From: Parcubacteria group bacterium
GTDB taxonomy: Bacteria > Patescibacteriota > Minisyncoccia > UBA6257
Length of the DNA stretch: 64,000 bases
Reading direction: 5' to 3'
Assembly (NCBI GenBank): GCA_012798235.1
Contig: JAAZNP010000004.1
Coordinates: 2,171-66,170 of the forward strand
Under the pieces are notes generated by a model. That model had not been told where the DNA came from. It worked only from the letters and a program-made list of their open reading frames with translations, and did not search any database. Positions 28,587 through 39,017 of this stretch are shown piece after piece. Within the stretch, counting starts at the first letter, position 1, and the number at the start of each line of letters is the position of its first letter. The position numbers and the translations under genes are program-made.

Positions 28587-29126
28587 TTAATTTTTTATTA
28601 GTTTCATTAAAAAGCCATAATGAGTAATTCCTAAAGCTAGCTCTCGTTCTACTGTAAAACCATATTTTTCTAACAACTCCAAAGCATCTTGTTTATTAAG
28701 TGGGAAAAGAAAATTTCTATTAGGTAATTTTTCTGGCTCCCATTCAATCAAAACCAATAACCCTTCTGGTTTTAAAATTCTTTTTGCTTCAGCAATAATT
28801 ATTTCTTTTTTGTCAATTTCAAAAAGGATATTAGCAATAAAAACTAAATCACAAGAATTATCAGGCAAACCGCTACCTTCCTCTTGCTCTAAATTAGCCC
28901 ATTTAGTTTCAATAATATTATTTAAACCCTCAAGTTTAGCTCGAAAAGATAATGCTTCTAACGAAGGTTTCCAGATATCTAAAGCAATAATTTTCCCTGA
29001 AGGTTTTAATCTTTTTGCCATTTCCAAAGAAAAATATCCATTGCCGCAACCAAAATCAGCAATAACCATGCCTTCTTTGAGAGGTAATAAATTCGTAATA
29101 TCTGGAGGATTAAGAAAGGGCGCCAT
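28587..29126 (-). CDS. Class I SAM-dependent methyltransferase
   Basis: Motif I is VIADFGCGNGYFS, with an acidic residue after beta2 (ALDI). Confidence 0.75.
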   Translation of the reverse strand: MAPFLNPPDITNLLPLKEGMVIADFGCGNGYFSLEMAKRLKPSGKIIALDIWKPSLEALSFRAKLEGLNNIIETKWANLEQEEGSGLPDNSCDLVFIANILFEIDKKEIIIAEAKRILKPEGLLVLIEWEPEKLPNRNFLFPLNKQDALELLEKYGFTVERELALGITHYGFLMKLIKN

Positions 29127-29150
29127 AATTAAATATATTATAGCAATTTA

Positions 29151-31613
29151 TTAAATTAAAGAAAAACCGGCAATTTTATCATCATCAGTTAATTTCATAA
29201 TTCGCACTCCTTGAGTGGTACGTCTCAAAATAGGAACACTCTTTAACTGCGCTTTAATGATTTGTGCTTTTTGGGAAATCGCAATAAGGGTTTCTTCATT
29301 TTGAGTTAAAGCAGCTTTAATAATAAGTCCAGTTTTGTTGGTAATTTTAGCAGTTTTAATGCCACTGCCCCCTCTTTTTTGTTGACGATACTCATTCAGT
29401 TTTGTTCTTTTGCCAAATCCTTTTTCGCTCATCACTAAAACTTGAGGATTAACTTTAATAATTTCTGGGGTGATATTAATTAAACTAACTACGCGATCAT
29501 TGTTTTTTAATTTAATCCCCTTAACGCCACTGGCTGTACGACCCAAGGCTCTAATTTCTTTTTCCGAAAAACGGATAGCTTGTCCTTGTTCAGAAATCAA
29601 AAGAATTTCATCATTACCCGTCGAAAAAGTTGCGCCAATGACATTATCATTATTAGTCAGTTTGATAGCCACAATGCCACCCTTGCGAATGTTGTCATAT
29701 TCTTTCAGGGCTGTTTTTTTAATTAATCCTTGCTGGGTAGCTAAAATTAAAAAACGATAATTAGTTTCTTTGAGATGAGGTGGCAAATTAAGTAAAACAA
29801 TTACTTTTTCCTGCTCTCTCAAATTCAAATAATTTTGAATCAATTTACCCCTACTAGTGCGTGATCCTTCAGCAATTTCAAAAGCCGGAATTTGGAAAAG
29901 ATACCCTTTATTGGTAAAGAACAGAATTTTATCACGATTGTCAGCAGCTAAAAGATGGCTAATAGCATCTTCCTCGTTTTTCGTTTCATAGCCAATAACT
30001 CCCTTGCCGCCTCTTTTCTGGGCCTTAAGCGTTTCCGGAGACATTCTTTTAATATAGCCAGTTTGTGAGAGGGTAATGAGGATATCTTTGGCGGGAATAA
30101 GTTCTTCATCTTTGATTTCACCAGGCAAATAGGGTTCAATTTTAGTTTTACGTTCATCACCGTATTTCTCTTTTAAATAATTAATCTCATCTTTAATTAT
30201 TTTTAAAATTCTTTTTGGTTGCTTGAGAATTATTTCGTATTCGCTAGCTAATTTTTGTTTTTCTTTAAGTTCGTCTTCGACTTTTTGTTTCTCTAATTTT
30301 GCCAAATTTGATAATTTCATTTCTAGAATGGCATTAGCTTGGATTTCACTAAATTTATATTTGGCCATTAATTTTTGCTGGGCGTTATCTCGATTTTCCG
30401 AAGATTTAATCAATTTAATAATTTCATCAATATGATTTAGGGCTTGAGCTAATCCTTCAAGAATATGGATTCTCTCTTTAGCCTTTTTGAGTAAATATTC
30501 GGTGCGTCTTTTGATAACTTCTTTACGATGTTCTAAATATTCTTCCAGGATATTTTTTAAGGATAAAACTTTAGGCTGTAATCCATTTTCGACTAAAGCT
30601 AGAATATTCACATGAAAAGCCTTTTCCATCTCAGTATATTTAAAGAGCAGGTTTAGAATACGATTCGGTAGAGCATTTTGATGGAGATCAATAGCAATAC
30701 GTAATCCTTCTTTATCAGATTCATCCCTTAAATCTTTAATCCCTTCAATTTTATTTTCTTCTACCAAGGCAGCAATTTTAGTAATTAAATCAGCTTTATT
30801 CACTTGATAGGGAATTTCAGTAACAATAATTTTTTTATGCTTATTGTCATCAATGATTTCTGTTTTAGCGCGACAAATAATAGAACCTTTGCCTGTCGCA
30901 TAAGCTTCTAAAATACTTTCTTTGCCGTAAATAATACCACCCGTAGGGAAATCAGGCCCCTTAATAAAGTTCATTAGTTCTTCAGTGGAGGCATCTGGTT
31001 TATCAATTAAAAAATTAATGGCATTAGCAATTTCAGTTAAATTATGGGGTGGAATATTAGTGGCCATACCCACGGCAATACCCATGGCGCCATTTAAAAT
31101 CAATTGTGGCAATTTTGCTGGTAAATATTTTGGTTCTTGTCTGGTACCATCATAGTTAGGCATAAAATCAACAGTTTCTTTGTCTAAATCCTCAAGCATT
31201 TCTTGAGCAATATTAGTTAAACGACATTCAGTATAACGCATGGCACCCGGAGGGTCGCCATCGATAGAACCAAAATTACCTTGACCTTGAATCAAGGGAT
31301 ATCTTAAAGAAAAATCCTGAGCCATTCTGACTAAGGCATCATAAACAGCAATATCGCCATGGGGATGGAATTTACCCAACGTTTCTCCGACAACCGTCGC
31401 TGATTTTCTCGTTTTACTATTAGCCGTTAAACCTAATTCGTTCATGGCATAGAGGATTCTTCTTTGCACTGGTTTTAAACCATCGCGAGCATCAGGCAAA
31501 GCGCGAGCAATAATCACGGACATTGCATAATCTAAATAAGATTCCCGTAATTCTTCGGTAATTTCTCGAGGCTCAATATTTTTTTTGAATTCTTCCTTAT
31601 TAATCTCAGGCAT
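29151..31613 (-). CDS. gyrA: DNA gyrase subunit A
   Basis: [22 protein letters not shown] with the active-site Tyr region, and a C-terminal beta-pinwheel. 820 aa. Confidence 0.85.
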   Translation of the reverse strand: MPEINKEEFKKNIEPREITEELRESYLDYAMSVIIARALPDARDGLKPVQRRILYAMNELGLTANSKTRKSATVVGETLGKFHPHGDIAVYDALVRMAQDFSLRYPLIQGQGNFGSIDGDPPGAMRYTECRLTNIAQEMLEDLDKETVDFMPNYDGTRQEPKYLPAKLPQLILNGAMGIAVGMATNIPPHNLTEIANAINFLIDKPDASTEELMNFIKGPDFPTGGIIYGKESILEAYATGKGSIICRAKTEIIDDNKHKKIIVTEIPYQVNKADLITKIAALVEENKIEGIKDLRDESDKEGLRIAIDLHQNALPNRILNLLFKYTEMEKAFHVNILALVENGLQPKVLSLKNILEEYLEHRKEVIKRRTEYLLKKAKERIHILEGLAQALNHIDEIIKLIKSSENRDNAQQKLMAKYKFSEIQANAILEMKLSNLAKLEKQKVEDELKEKQKLASEYEIILKQPKRILKIIKDEINYLKEKYGDERKTKIEPYLPGEIKDEELIPAKDILITLSQTGYIKRMSPETLKAQKRGGKGVIGYETKNEEDAISHLLAADNRDKILFFTNKGYLFQIPAFEIAEGSRTSRGKLIQNYLNLREQEKVIVLLNLPPHLKETNYRFLILATQQGLIKKTALKEYDNIRKGGIVAIKLTNNDNVIGATFSTGNDEILLISEQGQAIRFSEKEIRALGRTASGVKGIKLKNNDRVVSLINITPEIIKVNPQVLVMSEKGFGKRTKLNEYRQQKRGGSGIKTAKITNKTGLIIKAALTQNEETLIAISQKAQIIKAQLKSVPILRRTTQGVRIMKLTDDDKIAGFSLI

Positions 31614-31620
31614 AAAATTA

Positions 31621-32262
31621 TTAGATGCTCGGTTTAAGAATAATTAATTTAGTTTCTTGAGGAAGTTGAGTTTTACGAATTACTAATTTGTCTAATTTTT
31701 CTGCTTTTTTACCAAAAGCTTTAAGAAACTTATCAAGGGGATCTAGTTTTAATTTTATATTATTTAAACGATAATGCATGGGGATAACAATTTTAGGCTC
31801 AATTTGATTAATAATACCGACAGCTTCCTCAGCATCGATGGTATAAATTCCTCCTACAGGAATAAGTAAGATGTCAATGTCAGATAATTTCTCTAAAGTT
31901 TCTTCTTTAAGCATTTTCTCTCCCAAATCACCTAAATGGCAAACAGTTAAATCTTCGGATTGTATTTTATAAATAGTATTAAACCCGCGATCGTGGCCAG
32001 AACGATTATCATGATAGCTAGGCAAACCATCAATAATAATTTCTTCTTTTTCAATTTCTCCCGGACCTTCTAACACAAAAGGTTCGCCTAAAATAGCACT
32101 TTTATTATTATGGTCTTCGTGTTCGTGGGTAATTAATAAAATATCTGCTTTAAAACGACTCGGTTTAATGCCGAGCATTTTTTCGGAAAAGGGATCCAGG
32201 GCAATAATTTTTCCTTTAGTTTCAATTTTAAAATAGGAGTGTCCTAGCCATTGAATAATCAT
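31621..32262 (-). CDS. UPF0173-family metallo-beta-lactamase-fold hydrolase
   Basis: [14 protein letters not shown]...THEHEDH. Confidence 0.75.
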   Translation of the reverse strand: MIIQWLGHSYFKIETKGKIIALDPFSEKMLGIKPSRFKADILLITHEHEDHNNKSAILGEPFVLEGPGEIEKEEIIIDGLPSYHDNRSGHDRGFNTIYKIQSEDLTVCHLGDLGEKMLKEETLEKLSDIDILLIPVGGIYTIDAEEAVGIINQIEPKIVIPMHYRLNNIKLKLDPLDKFLKAFGKKAEKLDKLVIRKTQLPQETKLIILKPSI

Positions 32263-32271
32263 ATAACTATT

Positions 32272-33072
32272 TTAACACATTTTTCTGAATAATTGGATAG
32301 CCAAAACAGTAATCAAGATATCGAAAGAAATAAGTATTCCCAAAGAAGTAATAAAGTTATTAGTAGTTAATTGACTGATAATTGTTGGTTTTAATGTTTG
32401 AGAAAGAACAACCCAGCGTAAACTATTAATGCCGTAAGTTAAAGGGTTGTACTTAGATAAATTAACCATCCATGCTGGTGAATTATTAATAGGAAAGAAA
32501 GCGCCAGAAAGAAATACCATCGGCGCGATAATTAACTGCAAGATGAAAGAGAAACTTTCTGTTCTTTTCATACGAGCTGTTAAGCAAATGCCTAAAGAAG
32601 CCATACCATAAGCAATAAGAAAGATTATCGCTAGTCCACCGAGAAATAATTTGAGAGAAAAATTAATGCCTAAATAAGGCGCAGCAAGCAAAAGAAGAAA
32701 ACCCTCAATTAGGCCAGTAGTTGCTGCGCCTAATATTTTACCCAAAGCAATATGAGAGCGAGGCACTGGCGAAACGAGAATTTCTTTTAAAAAACCAAAT
32801 TCCCGGTCCCAAACAATAGACATCGTAGAGCTAAGGGCCATGGTGGTAACACTTAAACCCAAAATGCCAGGGAAGAAAAATTCGGCAAAATCATACGGTA
32901 GGGTTACTAAAGGGAAGATAGTTTTTAATCCTGTGCCAAAGAAGATTAAAAATAATATCGGCAAAAAAATAGAAGAGAAAAATTTAATTCGATTGCGAAC
33001 ATACATGAGAATTTCTCGATACCAAAGAATAAAAATTCCTGAAAGTTTATTGAGATTTGGTTTTTTTATCAT
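32272..33072 (-). CDS. ABC-2 type transporter permease
   Basis: Six TM helices. The start is uncertain: the listed ORF extends to 33159 but overlaps the ATPase gene, so the ATG at 33072 is preferred. Confidence 0.6.
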   Translation of the reverse strand: MIKKPNLNKLSGIFILWYREILMYVRNRIKFFSSIFLPILFLIFFGTGLKTIFPLVTLPYDFAEFFFPGILGLSVTTMALSSTMSIVWDREFGFLKEILVSPVPRSHIALGKILGAATTGLIEGFLLLLAAPYLGINFSLKLFLGGLAIIFLIAYGMASLGICLTARMKRTESFSFILQLIIAPMVFLSGAFFPINNSPAWMVNLSKYNPLTYGINSLRWVVLSQTLKPTIISQLTTNNFITSLGILISFDILITVLAIQLFRKMC

Positions 33073-34087
33073 GATTATGAGAAGGATTAAATAAAGTAAA
33101 AAGACTAGATAAATCAAAAAGAGGTGATTCGGTTTCGATATGACCATTGTCATTTTCACGGATTTGTCTACCGGTTAATTCTAAAAAGACATCTTCTAAA
33201 GTTGGCCTTCTTAATTCCATAGAAATTATTTTAGCATTTAAATTTTCCACTAATACAGGTAAAAATTCATTACCTTTATCAATTTCTATTTTTAATTCTT
33301 TACCTATCTTTTTAATATTATATTGAGGAAATTTTTGATGGAATTCTTCTTCGGCTGAATCATTATCCTCGGTTTTAATAGTAATAATGTCGCCTCCAAC
33401 CATTTTTTTAAGATTTTCTGGAGTATCAGAAGCAATGATTTTTCCGTGGTCAATAATGGCCACTCGATCGCAACTTTCAGCTTCATTTAAATATTGAGTA
33501 GTTAAGAAAATAGTAATATCTTTTTTCTTACGGATATTAAAAATATAATCCCATACTTTTTTTCTGGTTTGCGGATCCAAACCAATGGTTGGCTCGTCTA
33601 AAAATAAAATTTTCGGTTGAGCAATTAAAGAACGAGCAATTTCTAATCTTCTTTTCATGCCTCCTGAAAAATCATGCACTTTGTGTTTACGCCAATCCCA
33701 TAATTCACATATTTTTAAAACTTCAATTTTCCTTTGAGTGAAATCTTTTCGTGAAATTCCATAAAGCATAGCATGAAGATAAAGATTTTCTTCGGCAGTT
33801 AAATGGTCATCCAGGGTAACATCTTGAAAAACTAAACCAATAAAGCTGCGAACTTTATCGGGATGAGCGACAACATTATAGTTGTTAATATAAACCACAC
33901 CGGAACTAGGTTGATTTAAAGTGCACAAAATATTGATCGTAGTTGTTTTACCGGCACCATTAGGGCCCAAAAAACCAAAAATTTCTCCTCGCTTTACAGT
34001 AAAGGATATGCCATCAACTGCTTTGATGGCTCCGTATTTTTTTCTTAAATTTTCTACTTGAATAATTTCTTCTATTTCTCCATTCAT
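33047..34087 (-). CDS. ABC transporter ATP-binding protein
   Basis: Walker A (GPNGAGKTTT), signature (LSGGMKRRLEIA) and Walker B (ILFLDEPT) are present. Confidence 0.85.
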   Translation of the reverse strand: MNGEIEEIIQVENLRKKYGAIKAVDGISFTVKRGEIFGFLGPNGAGKTTTINILCTLNQPSSGVVYINNYNVVAHPDKVRSFIGLVFQDVTLDDHLTAEENLYLHAMLYGISRKDFTQRKIEVLKICELWDWRKHKVHDFSGGMKRRLEIARSLIAQPKILFLDEPTIGLDPQTRKKVWDYIFNIRKKKDITIFLTTQYLNEAESCDRVAIIDHGKIIASDTPENLKKMVGGDIITIKTEDNDSAEEEFHQKFPQYNIKKIGKELKIEIDKGNEFLPVLVENLNAKIISMELRRPTLEDVFLELTGRQIRENDNGHIETESPLFDLSSLFTLFNPSHNHDKKTKSQ

Positions 34088-34098
34088 AAAATTGAAGA

Positions 34099-35088
34099 TT
34101 AACGAAATCCCATTTTGCGCTTAACTTCCAGTAATGTTTTTTGAACAATGCCCAGCGCATATCTCTCTCCATTTTCTATGATTTCTTTAATAAGTTGAGG
34201 GTGCTTTTGATAATAAGCTCTTTTTGCTTGTATTGGTTTTAAATAATTATAAATATACTGCGCCAATTCATTTTTCAGTGGTTGGTATTTAATGCCAGTA
34301 GTTAAGTATTGTTTTTCGTATTGCTCTCTTTTTAATTTACCCATAAAAAGTTCCACTAAAGTTAAGAGAGCGTTAATTCCTCCTTGTTGCGGTACTTTAT
34401 TGCCATGACCAAGATCAGTGGGGACCTTGGCTAATTTCTTTTTTATGGTATCTAAATCGTCAATTAAGCTAATATAACTATTTTCATTGGTTTTTGACAT
34501 TTTACCTTCTCCGGTTAGAGAAGGAACATAAGAGCCACTAGTTAAGAAAGCCTGAGGCTCGGGAAAAGTTTTGCCAAAATAATTATTAAACATTCGGGCT
34601 ACTTCTCGAGTTAATTCTAAATGAGGTAATTGGTCTTTTCCCACTGGTACTAATTCAGCCTTATAGATTAGAATATCAGCTGCCATGAGAATGGGGTAGT
34701 ATAAAAGACCCAAGTTAATATATTTTGGTTGTTCTAATTTTTTTTCTTTATAAGTAGGTAGTTGTTCTAAACGAGAGACAGGATAAATAGTCGATAGATA
34801 ATAAGCCAATTCTAAATGTTGCGGCAGATGCGATTGAATAATTAAGTGGGATTTTTTAGGGTCGAGGCCACAGGCTAAATAATCCAACACTAAATCAGTT
34901 ACTTCTTTAGGGTAAGTTTTAGGATTGTAGGGTGAAGTAACTCCGTGAAGATCAACAATGGCATAAATGCAATCAAGATTTTTTTCATCTTGCAATTTTA
35001 GATAGCCTTTGATGGCACCAAAATAGTTTCCTAAATGCAAATGACCAGTTGGTCTAGTGCCAGAGAAAACGCGACGTTTTTTAATCAT
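34099..35088 (-). CDS. trpS: Tryptophanyl-tRNA synthetase
   Basis: The class Ic HIGH-like motif is TGHLHLGN, with KMSKT. 329 aa. Confidence 0.8.
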   Translation of the reverse strand: MIKKRRVFSGTRPTGHLHLGNYFGAIKGYLKLQDEKNLDCIYAIVDLHGVTSPYNPKTYPKEVTDLVLDYLACGLDPKKSHLIIQSHLPQHLELAYYLSTIYPVSRLEQLPTYKEKKLEQPKYINLGLLYYPILMAADILIYKAELVPVGKDQLPHLELTREVARMFNNYFGKTFPEPQAFLTSGSYVPSLTGEGKMSKTNENSYISLIDDLDTIKKKLAKVPTDLGHGNKVPQQGGINALLTLVELFMGKLKREQYEKQYLTTGIKYQPLKNELAQYIYNYLKPIQAKRAYYQKHPQLIKEIIENGERYALGIVQKTLLEVKRKMGFR

Positions 35089-35105
35089 AATGATATTGAG
35101 TTAAG

Positions 35106-35176
35106 AGCGGGCGATGGGAATCGAACCCACGCCTTGACCTTGGAAGGGTCACATACTGCCGCTATACTACGCCCGC
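35106..35176 (-). tRNA. tRNA-Gly (anticodon TCC)
   Basis: The acceptor is GCGGGCG/CGCCCGC and the anticodon loop CTTCCAA. The D-arm is atypical. Confidence 0.6.
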
Positions 35177-35255
35177 TTTAATCTAACAAAAAAAGATCAT
35201 TTCATGATCTTTTTTCTATTTTACCTCTTTTTAGGGAAAAAAGCAAAACGATATT

Positions 35256-36977
35256 TTAAATTTCTTTTAAAGGAGTAATTCCTAAAATTTCCATGCCCTG
35301 TTTTAAGATGGTTGCTGCTGTTTTTAAGAAAACAATTTGAGCAGCGCGGCGATTAATATTTAATTCTTTCAAAACTGGTACTTCCTCATAATAATTATTA
35401 AGCAAATCAGCTAAAGATAATAAATAATTAGCTAATAAATGAGGAGCGTAATCATGCGCACTTTTTTGAACAATGTCTTTGAATTCCAATAAGTTTTGGA
35501 TGATATTTTTTTCTAACTCTTTATTCAATAATTCTATTTTTGGCTTCTGAATAATCTTAGCCCGACTAATGATCTTATTAATGCGAGCATATGTATATTG
35601 CAAATAAACACTTGAATTACCTTTGAAACTGAGCATTTGTTGCCAATCAAAGATAATATTTTGGGTGCGAAAACTTTTTAAATCATTAAATTTTAGAGCT
35701 CCCAAAGCGATAATTTGAGCTAATTGTTTTTGTTTTTTTAACGGCCACTGGGGATGTTTGTCTCGGATAATGGCTAAAGAATTTTTTAGCCCTGTATCAA
35801 TCACTTCTTTGAGGGTGATTAATTCTCCTTCCCGGGTAGAGAATTTTTTATTATGAGCATCTAAAATTAAACCGAATTTAATATGCTCTAATTGAGTTAG
35901 AGGATCGAGGTTTAATATTTGGGCAGCGCTAAACAGTTGTTTGAAATATAATGATTGCTCATTACCAACGACATAAAGAATTTTTTCTGGATGGTACTTT
36001 TTAATACGATAGATTAAATTCGCTAAATCGCGAGTAAAATATAAGGAAGCTTTATCTGTTTTTTGAATTAAAGCAGGAGGTAAATTAAATTCATCTAAAG
36101 GCAAAATTAAAGCGCCTTGACTTTCTTGAATCAATTTTTTCTTTTTTAACTCTTCGATTAAAGGTAATAAATCTGGTTCAAAATCAGATTCTCCTTTTAG
36201 AATATCAAATTTTATTCCTAATAAATTATAAATTTTTAGAAATTCTTTCAGAGACTCTTTTTTAAACCAAAGCCATAATCGTTTGTTTGTTTTGTCTCCT
36301 GCTTCTAATTTTTTAAATTCCTCTTGAGCTAATTTTTCCAATTCCGGCTTTTGCTTTAATTCTTGGTGGAATTTTTGATAAAGCTTTAAAAGATTATCGA
36401 TGGGATTTTTCTGAATTTCTTGTTGTTTACCCCACAATTTATAAGCCACAATTAACTTGCCAAATTGGGTGCCCCAATCACCTAAATAGTTCCAGCGAAT
36501 AACATGATAACCAAGGGTTTCATATAGTTTTGCTAATGTTTCTCCGATAATAGTGGAACGTAAATGGCCAATATGCATGGGCTTGGCAATATTGGGTGAA
36601 GAATATTCCACAATAATTGGTCGAGGGTGAAAAGTTTTTAAAGAAGAAACTATATTTTTTAACACTAATATTTCTTGTGGAAAAGCATTTTTTTGAAGAA
36701 AAAAATTCAGATAACCAGGAGAGGCAATTTCTATTTTCTCTACAAACTGATATTTATCTTTTGTGATTTTAGTTAATAATAGTTGGGCAATATTCATTGG
36801 CGAGTCTTTTGCTATTTTGCTCAAGATTAAAGGTAGGGTAGAACTATAATCGCCAAAATTTTTATGAGGGGAAATTGTTATTGGGATATCAAAATCTTTG
36901 GGGATTGCCCAGTGTTTCTCTTGAGTTGCTTCTTTTAAAGCATTTTTTATTAAATTTTCTAATTGTTCTTTAATCAT
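35256..36977 (-). CDS. argS: Arginyl-tRNA synthetase
   Basis: PNIAKPMHIGHLRSTIIG (HIGH) is present, with a C-terminal DALR anticodon-binding domain. Confidence 0.85.
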   Translation of the reverse strand: MIKEQLENLIKNALKEATQEKHWAIPKDFDIPITISPHKNFGDYSSTLPLILSKIAKDSPMNIAQLLLTKITKDKYQFVEKIEIASPGYLNFFLQKNAFPQEILVLKNIVSSLKTFHPRPIIVEYSSPNIAKPMHIGHLRSTIIGETLAKLYETLGYHVIRWNYLGDWGTQFGKLIVAYKLWGKQQEIQKNPIDNLLKLYQKFHQELKQKPELEKLAQEEFKKLEAGDKTNKRLWLWFKKESLKEFLKIYNLLGIKFDILKGESDFEPDLLPLIEELKKKKLIQESQGALILPLDEFNLPPALIQKTDKASLYFTRDLANLIYRIKKYHPEKILYVVGNEQSLYFKQLFSAAQILNLDPLTQLEHIKFGLILDAHNKKFSTREGELITLKEVIDTGLKNSLAIIRDKHPQWPLKKQKQLAQIIALGALKFNDLKSFRTQNIIFDWQQMLSFKGNSSVYLQYTYARINKIISRAKIIQKPKIELLNKELEKNIIQNLLEFKDIVQKSAHDYAPHLLANYLLSLADLLNNYYEEVPVLKELNINRRAAQIVFLKTAATILKQGMEILGITPLKEI

Positions 36978-36987
36978 GTAAGAAAGG

Positions 36988-37059
36988 TCGGGCCGGTGGG
37001 ATTTGAACCCACGACTTCATCGTCCCGAACGATGCGCGCTACCACTGCGCTACGGCCCG
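36988..37059 (-). tRNA. tRNA-Pro (anticodon CGG)
   Basis: The acceptor is CGGGCCG/CGGCCCG and the anticodon loop TTCGGGA. Confidence 0.65.
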
Positions 37060-37060
37060 T

Positions 37061-38587
37061 TTATACTTTGTATTTTCTTTTTATTTTATTTTCTTCATTA
37101 GCCAGTAAATTTTGATATTTAATTTTAGCTTTTTTGTCCATTTGCTGGAGTTCTTTCTCTGATAAATGGTTTAATTCCTGCGTTCTTTTCTTCAAATAAT
37201 CTTTTTTATTTTTTTGAGGGTCATCCAGAACTTCTTCTAAAAGAATATTTAAAAGAAATCCTATTTTCGGTCCTGGTTTTAATTTGGTTATTTTCATTAT
37301 ATCATTGCCATTAATTTTTAACATTTTTAATGACGGCTCCTTTCCTTCTAATTGTTTAATGATTTTTTCTACTTTGAACAAAAAATGACGCAAGCGAAAG
37401 GGTAAAGCTTTAGGGCAGCCAGAACCAATGCGATCTGCTTCTCGTAATTGAGCCAATTCTTGAATATTTTGGCTACCAACTTTCACTAACAATCTTCTAA
37501 TCGCAGCATCAGTAGTAATTTCTGGGTCATAAACAAAACCATGATAGCGCACCAAAAGAGTGATTTTGTTTATTTTTTCCGTAGGAAATTTTAAACGGGT
37601 CAAAATTTGACGCGTCATTTGGGTGCTAACAATTTCATGATTATAAAAAGTAGCATTGGTGCCTTCGCCTTCTTTAGTTTTAGGTTTACCTAAATCATGA
37701 AATAAGCTAGCTAATCTTACTTCTAAACTATAATTTTTTTGACTAGCATATTCTAAAGAACGCCACAAGTGTTCGAAAACAGTATAAAGATGATGTTTGT
37801 TTTGAGTAACGCCAATAGTTTTTTCTAATTCCGGAATAAATTGCGAAAGCAAATTTGTTTGTTGTAATAAAAGAATTCCTTGGCTTGCTCGAGGGGTTTC
37901 AATAATTTTTGTAAATTCGTCTCGAATTCTTTCTTGGGCAATAAATTTTAAAAGAGGGGCATTTTTTTGAATAGCTTTAAAAGTCTCTGTTGCGATTTGA
38001 AAATTTAATTCGCAAGCAAAACGAATGGCTCTCATTAAACGCAAAGCGTCTTCTTGAAAACGTTCTTGAGGATTACCCACTGCTCTAATAAATTTCTCTT
38101 TTAAATCCTCTTGCCCGTTAAAAGGATCAATAATTCTTGGAATTATGAATTTAGAATCATGAATTATGGAAGTATTTTTTTCTTTGACTTTTGATTCCTG
38201 ATTCCTAATTCCTACTTCCATTGCCATGGCATTGATAGTAAAATCTCGGCGCGACAAATCTTCTTCTAATGTTTGAGCAAATTTAATAGTATCCGGATGG
38301 CGTTTATCAGTATATTTTCCTTCTTGACGAAAAGTTGTAATTTCTATGGTTTTTAATGCTGATAATTTTGAATTAGTTTTCACCAAAACAGTAGCGAATT
38401 CATTTTCATAAACACTTTCAGGAAACATTTTTTGAATTTCTTCTGGCCTGGCATTTGTAGTAATATCCCAATCCTTAGGTTGTTTTTTTAATAATAAATC
38501 TCTGACGCAACCACCAACTAAATAAGCCTCAAAATTAGCTTTTTGAAGCTTATCAATAATTTCTAAAATCTCTTTGGGAATTTTCAT
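37061..38587 (-). CDS. cca: CCA-adding tRNA nucleotidyltransferase with an HD domain
   Basis: The class II NTase motif is GGCVRD. The HD motif HDLGKP lies in the C-terminal half. Confidence 0.8.
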   Translation of the reverse strand: MKIPKEILEIIDKLQKANFEAYLVGGCVRDLLLKKQPKDWDITTNARPEEIQKMFPESVYENEFATVLVKTNSKLSALKTIEITTFRQEGKYTDKRHPDTIKFAQTLEEDLSRRDFTINAMAMEVGIRNQESKVKEKNTSIIHDSKFIIPRIIDPFNGQEDLKEKFIRAVGNPQERFQEDALRLMRAIRFACELNFQIATETFKAIQKNAPLLKFIAQERIRDEFTKIIETPRASQGILLLQQTNLLSQFIPELEKTIGVTQNKHHLYTVFEHLWRSLEYASQKNYSLEVRLASLFHDLGKPKTKEGEGTNATFYNHEIVSTQMTRQILTRLKFPTEKINKITLLVRYHGFVYDPEITTDAAIRRLLVKVGSQNIQELAQLREADRIGSGCPKALPFRLRHFLFKVEKIIKQLEGKEPSLKMLKINGNDIMKITKLKPGPKIGFLLNILLEEVLDDPQKNKKDYLKKRTQELNHLSEKELQQMDKKAKIKYQNLLANEENKIKRKYKV

Positions 38588-38602
38588 TTTTGTTTTTTGT
38601 AC

Positions 38603-38738
38603 CCCCCCCTCACTTGAAAAAGATAAATTTATTTCATAAATAATAAATATTTTTTCTACTGAGGAATAATAAACAGATTACCTTATTAAATTACTCAATA
38701 GAATCTTGGCGATAGCCAATCTTTTTCAAGTGAGGGGG
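38603..38738. repeat. TIR-repeat element copy C (136 bp), abutting the tRNA-Lys 3' end. TIR variant CACTTGAAAAAGAT.
   Basis: CCCCTCACTTGAAAAAGAT ... ATCTTTTTCAAGTGAGGGGG perfect inverted repeat. The interior is homologous to copy B. Confidence 0.8.
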
Positions 38739-38810
38739 TGCCTCCGGCGCGATTCGAACGCGCAACCAATGGCTTAAGAGGCCACTGCTCTGCCAGTTGA
38801 GCTACGGAGG
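38739..38810 (-). tRNA. tRNA-Lys (anticodon CTT)
   Basis: The acceptor is GCCTCCG/CGGAGGC and the anticodon loop CTCTTAA. Confidence 0.65.
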
Positions 38811-38829
38811 CATTAATTTTAATTTTTAA

Positions 38830-38903
38830 GTGCCCTCGGCAGGACTCGAACCTGCAACCTTGTGGTTCGAAGCCACACACTCTATCCAATTGAGCTACGA
38901 GGG
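38830..38903 (-). tRNA. tRNA-Arg (anticodon TCG)
   Basis: The acceptor is GCCCTCG/CGAGGGC and the anticodon loop CTTCGAA. Confidence 0.6.
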
Positions 38904-39017
38904 CTTTAATATTATCTTTTATCTTACCGCAATTTTTTATGCTTGACAACAGATTATTCTCTTGACTGGATAATTGTAATTAAAGTATAATATAAATGTA
39001 CTTTAATTAATAAATTT

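Noticed and set aside
38130-38230. ATTCCT-type short tandem repeat inside cca (gattcctgattcctaattcctacttcc)
   Set aside because: It is short, degenerate and in frame within a low-complexity linker of the enzyme. No evidence beyond simple sequence.
5560-38738. CRISPR array interpretation of the CCCCTCACTTGG... repeats
   Set aside because: Copies are kilobases apart, occur in both orientations as inverted terminal pairs around a homologous interior, and are not regularly spaced direct repeats. No cas genes are present.
38695-38949. Listed minus-strand 84-aa ORF
   Set aside because: It lies entirely over two tRNA genes (Lys-CTT, Arg-TCG) and the end of repeat copy C.
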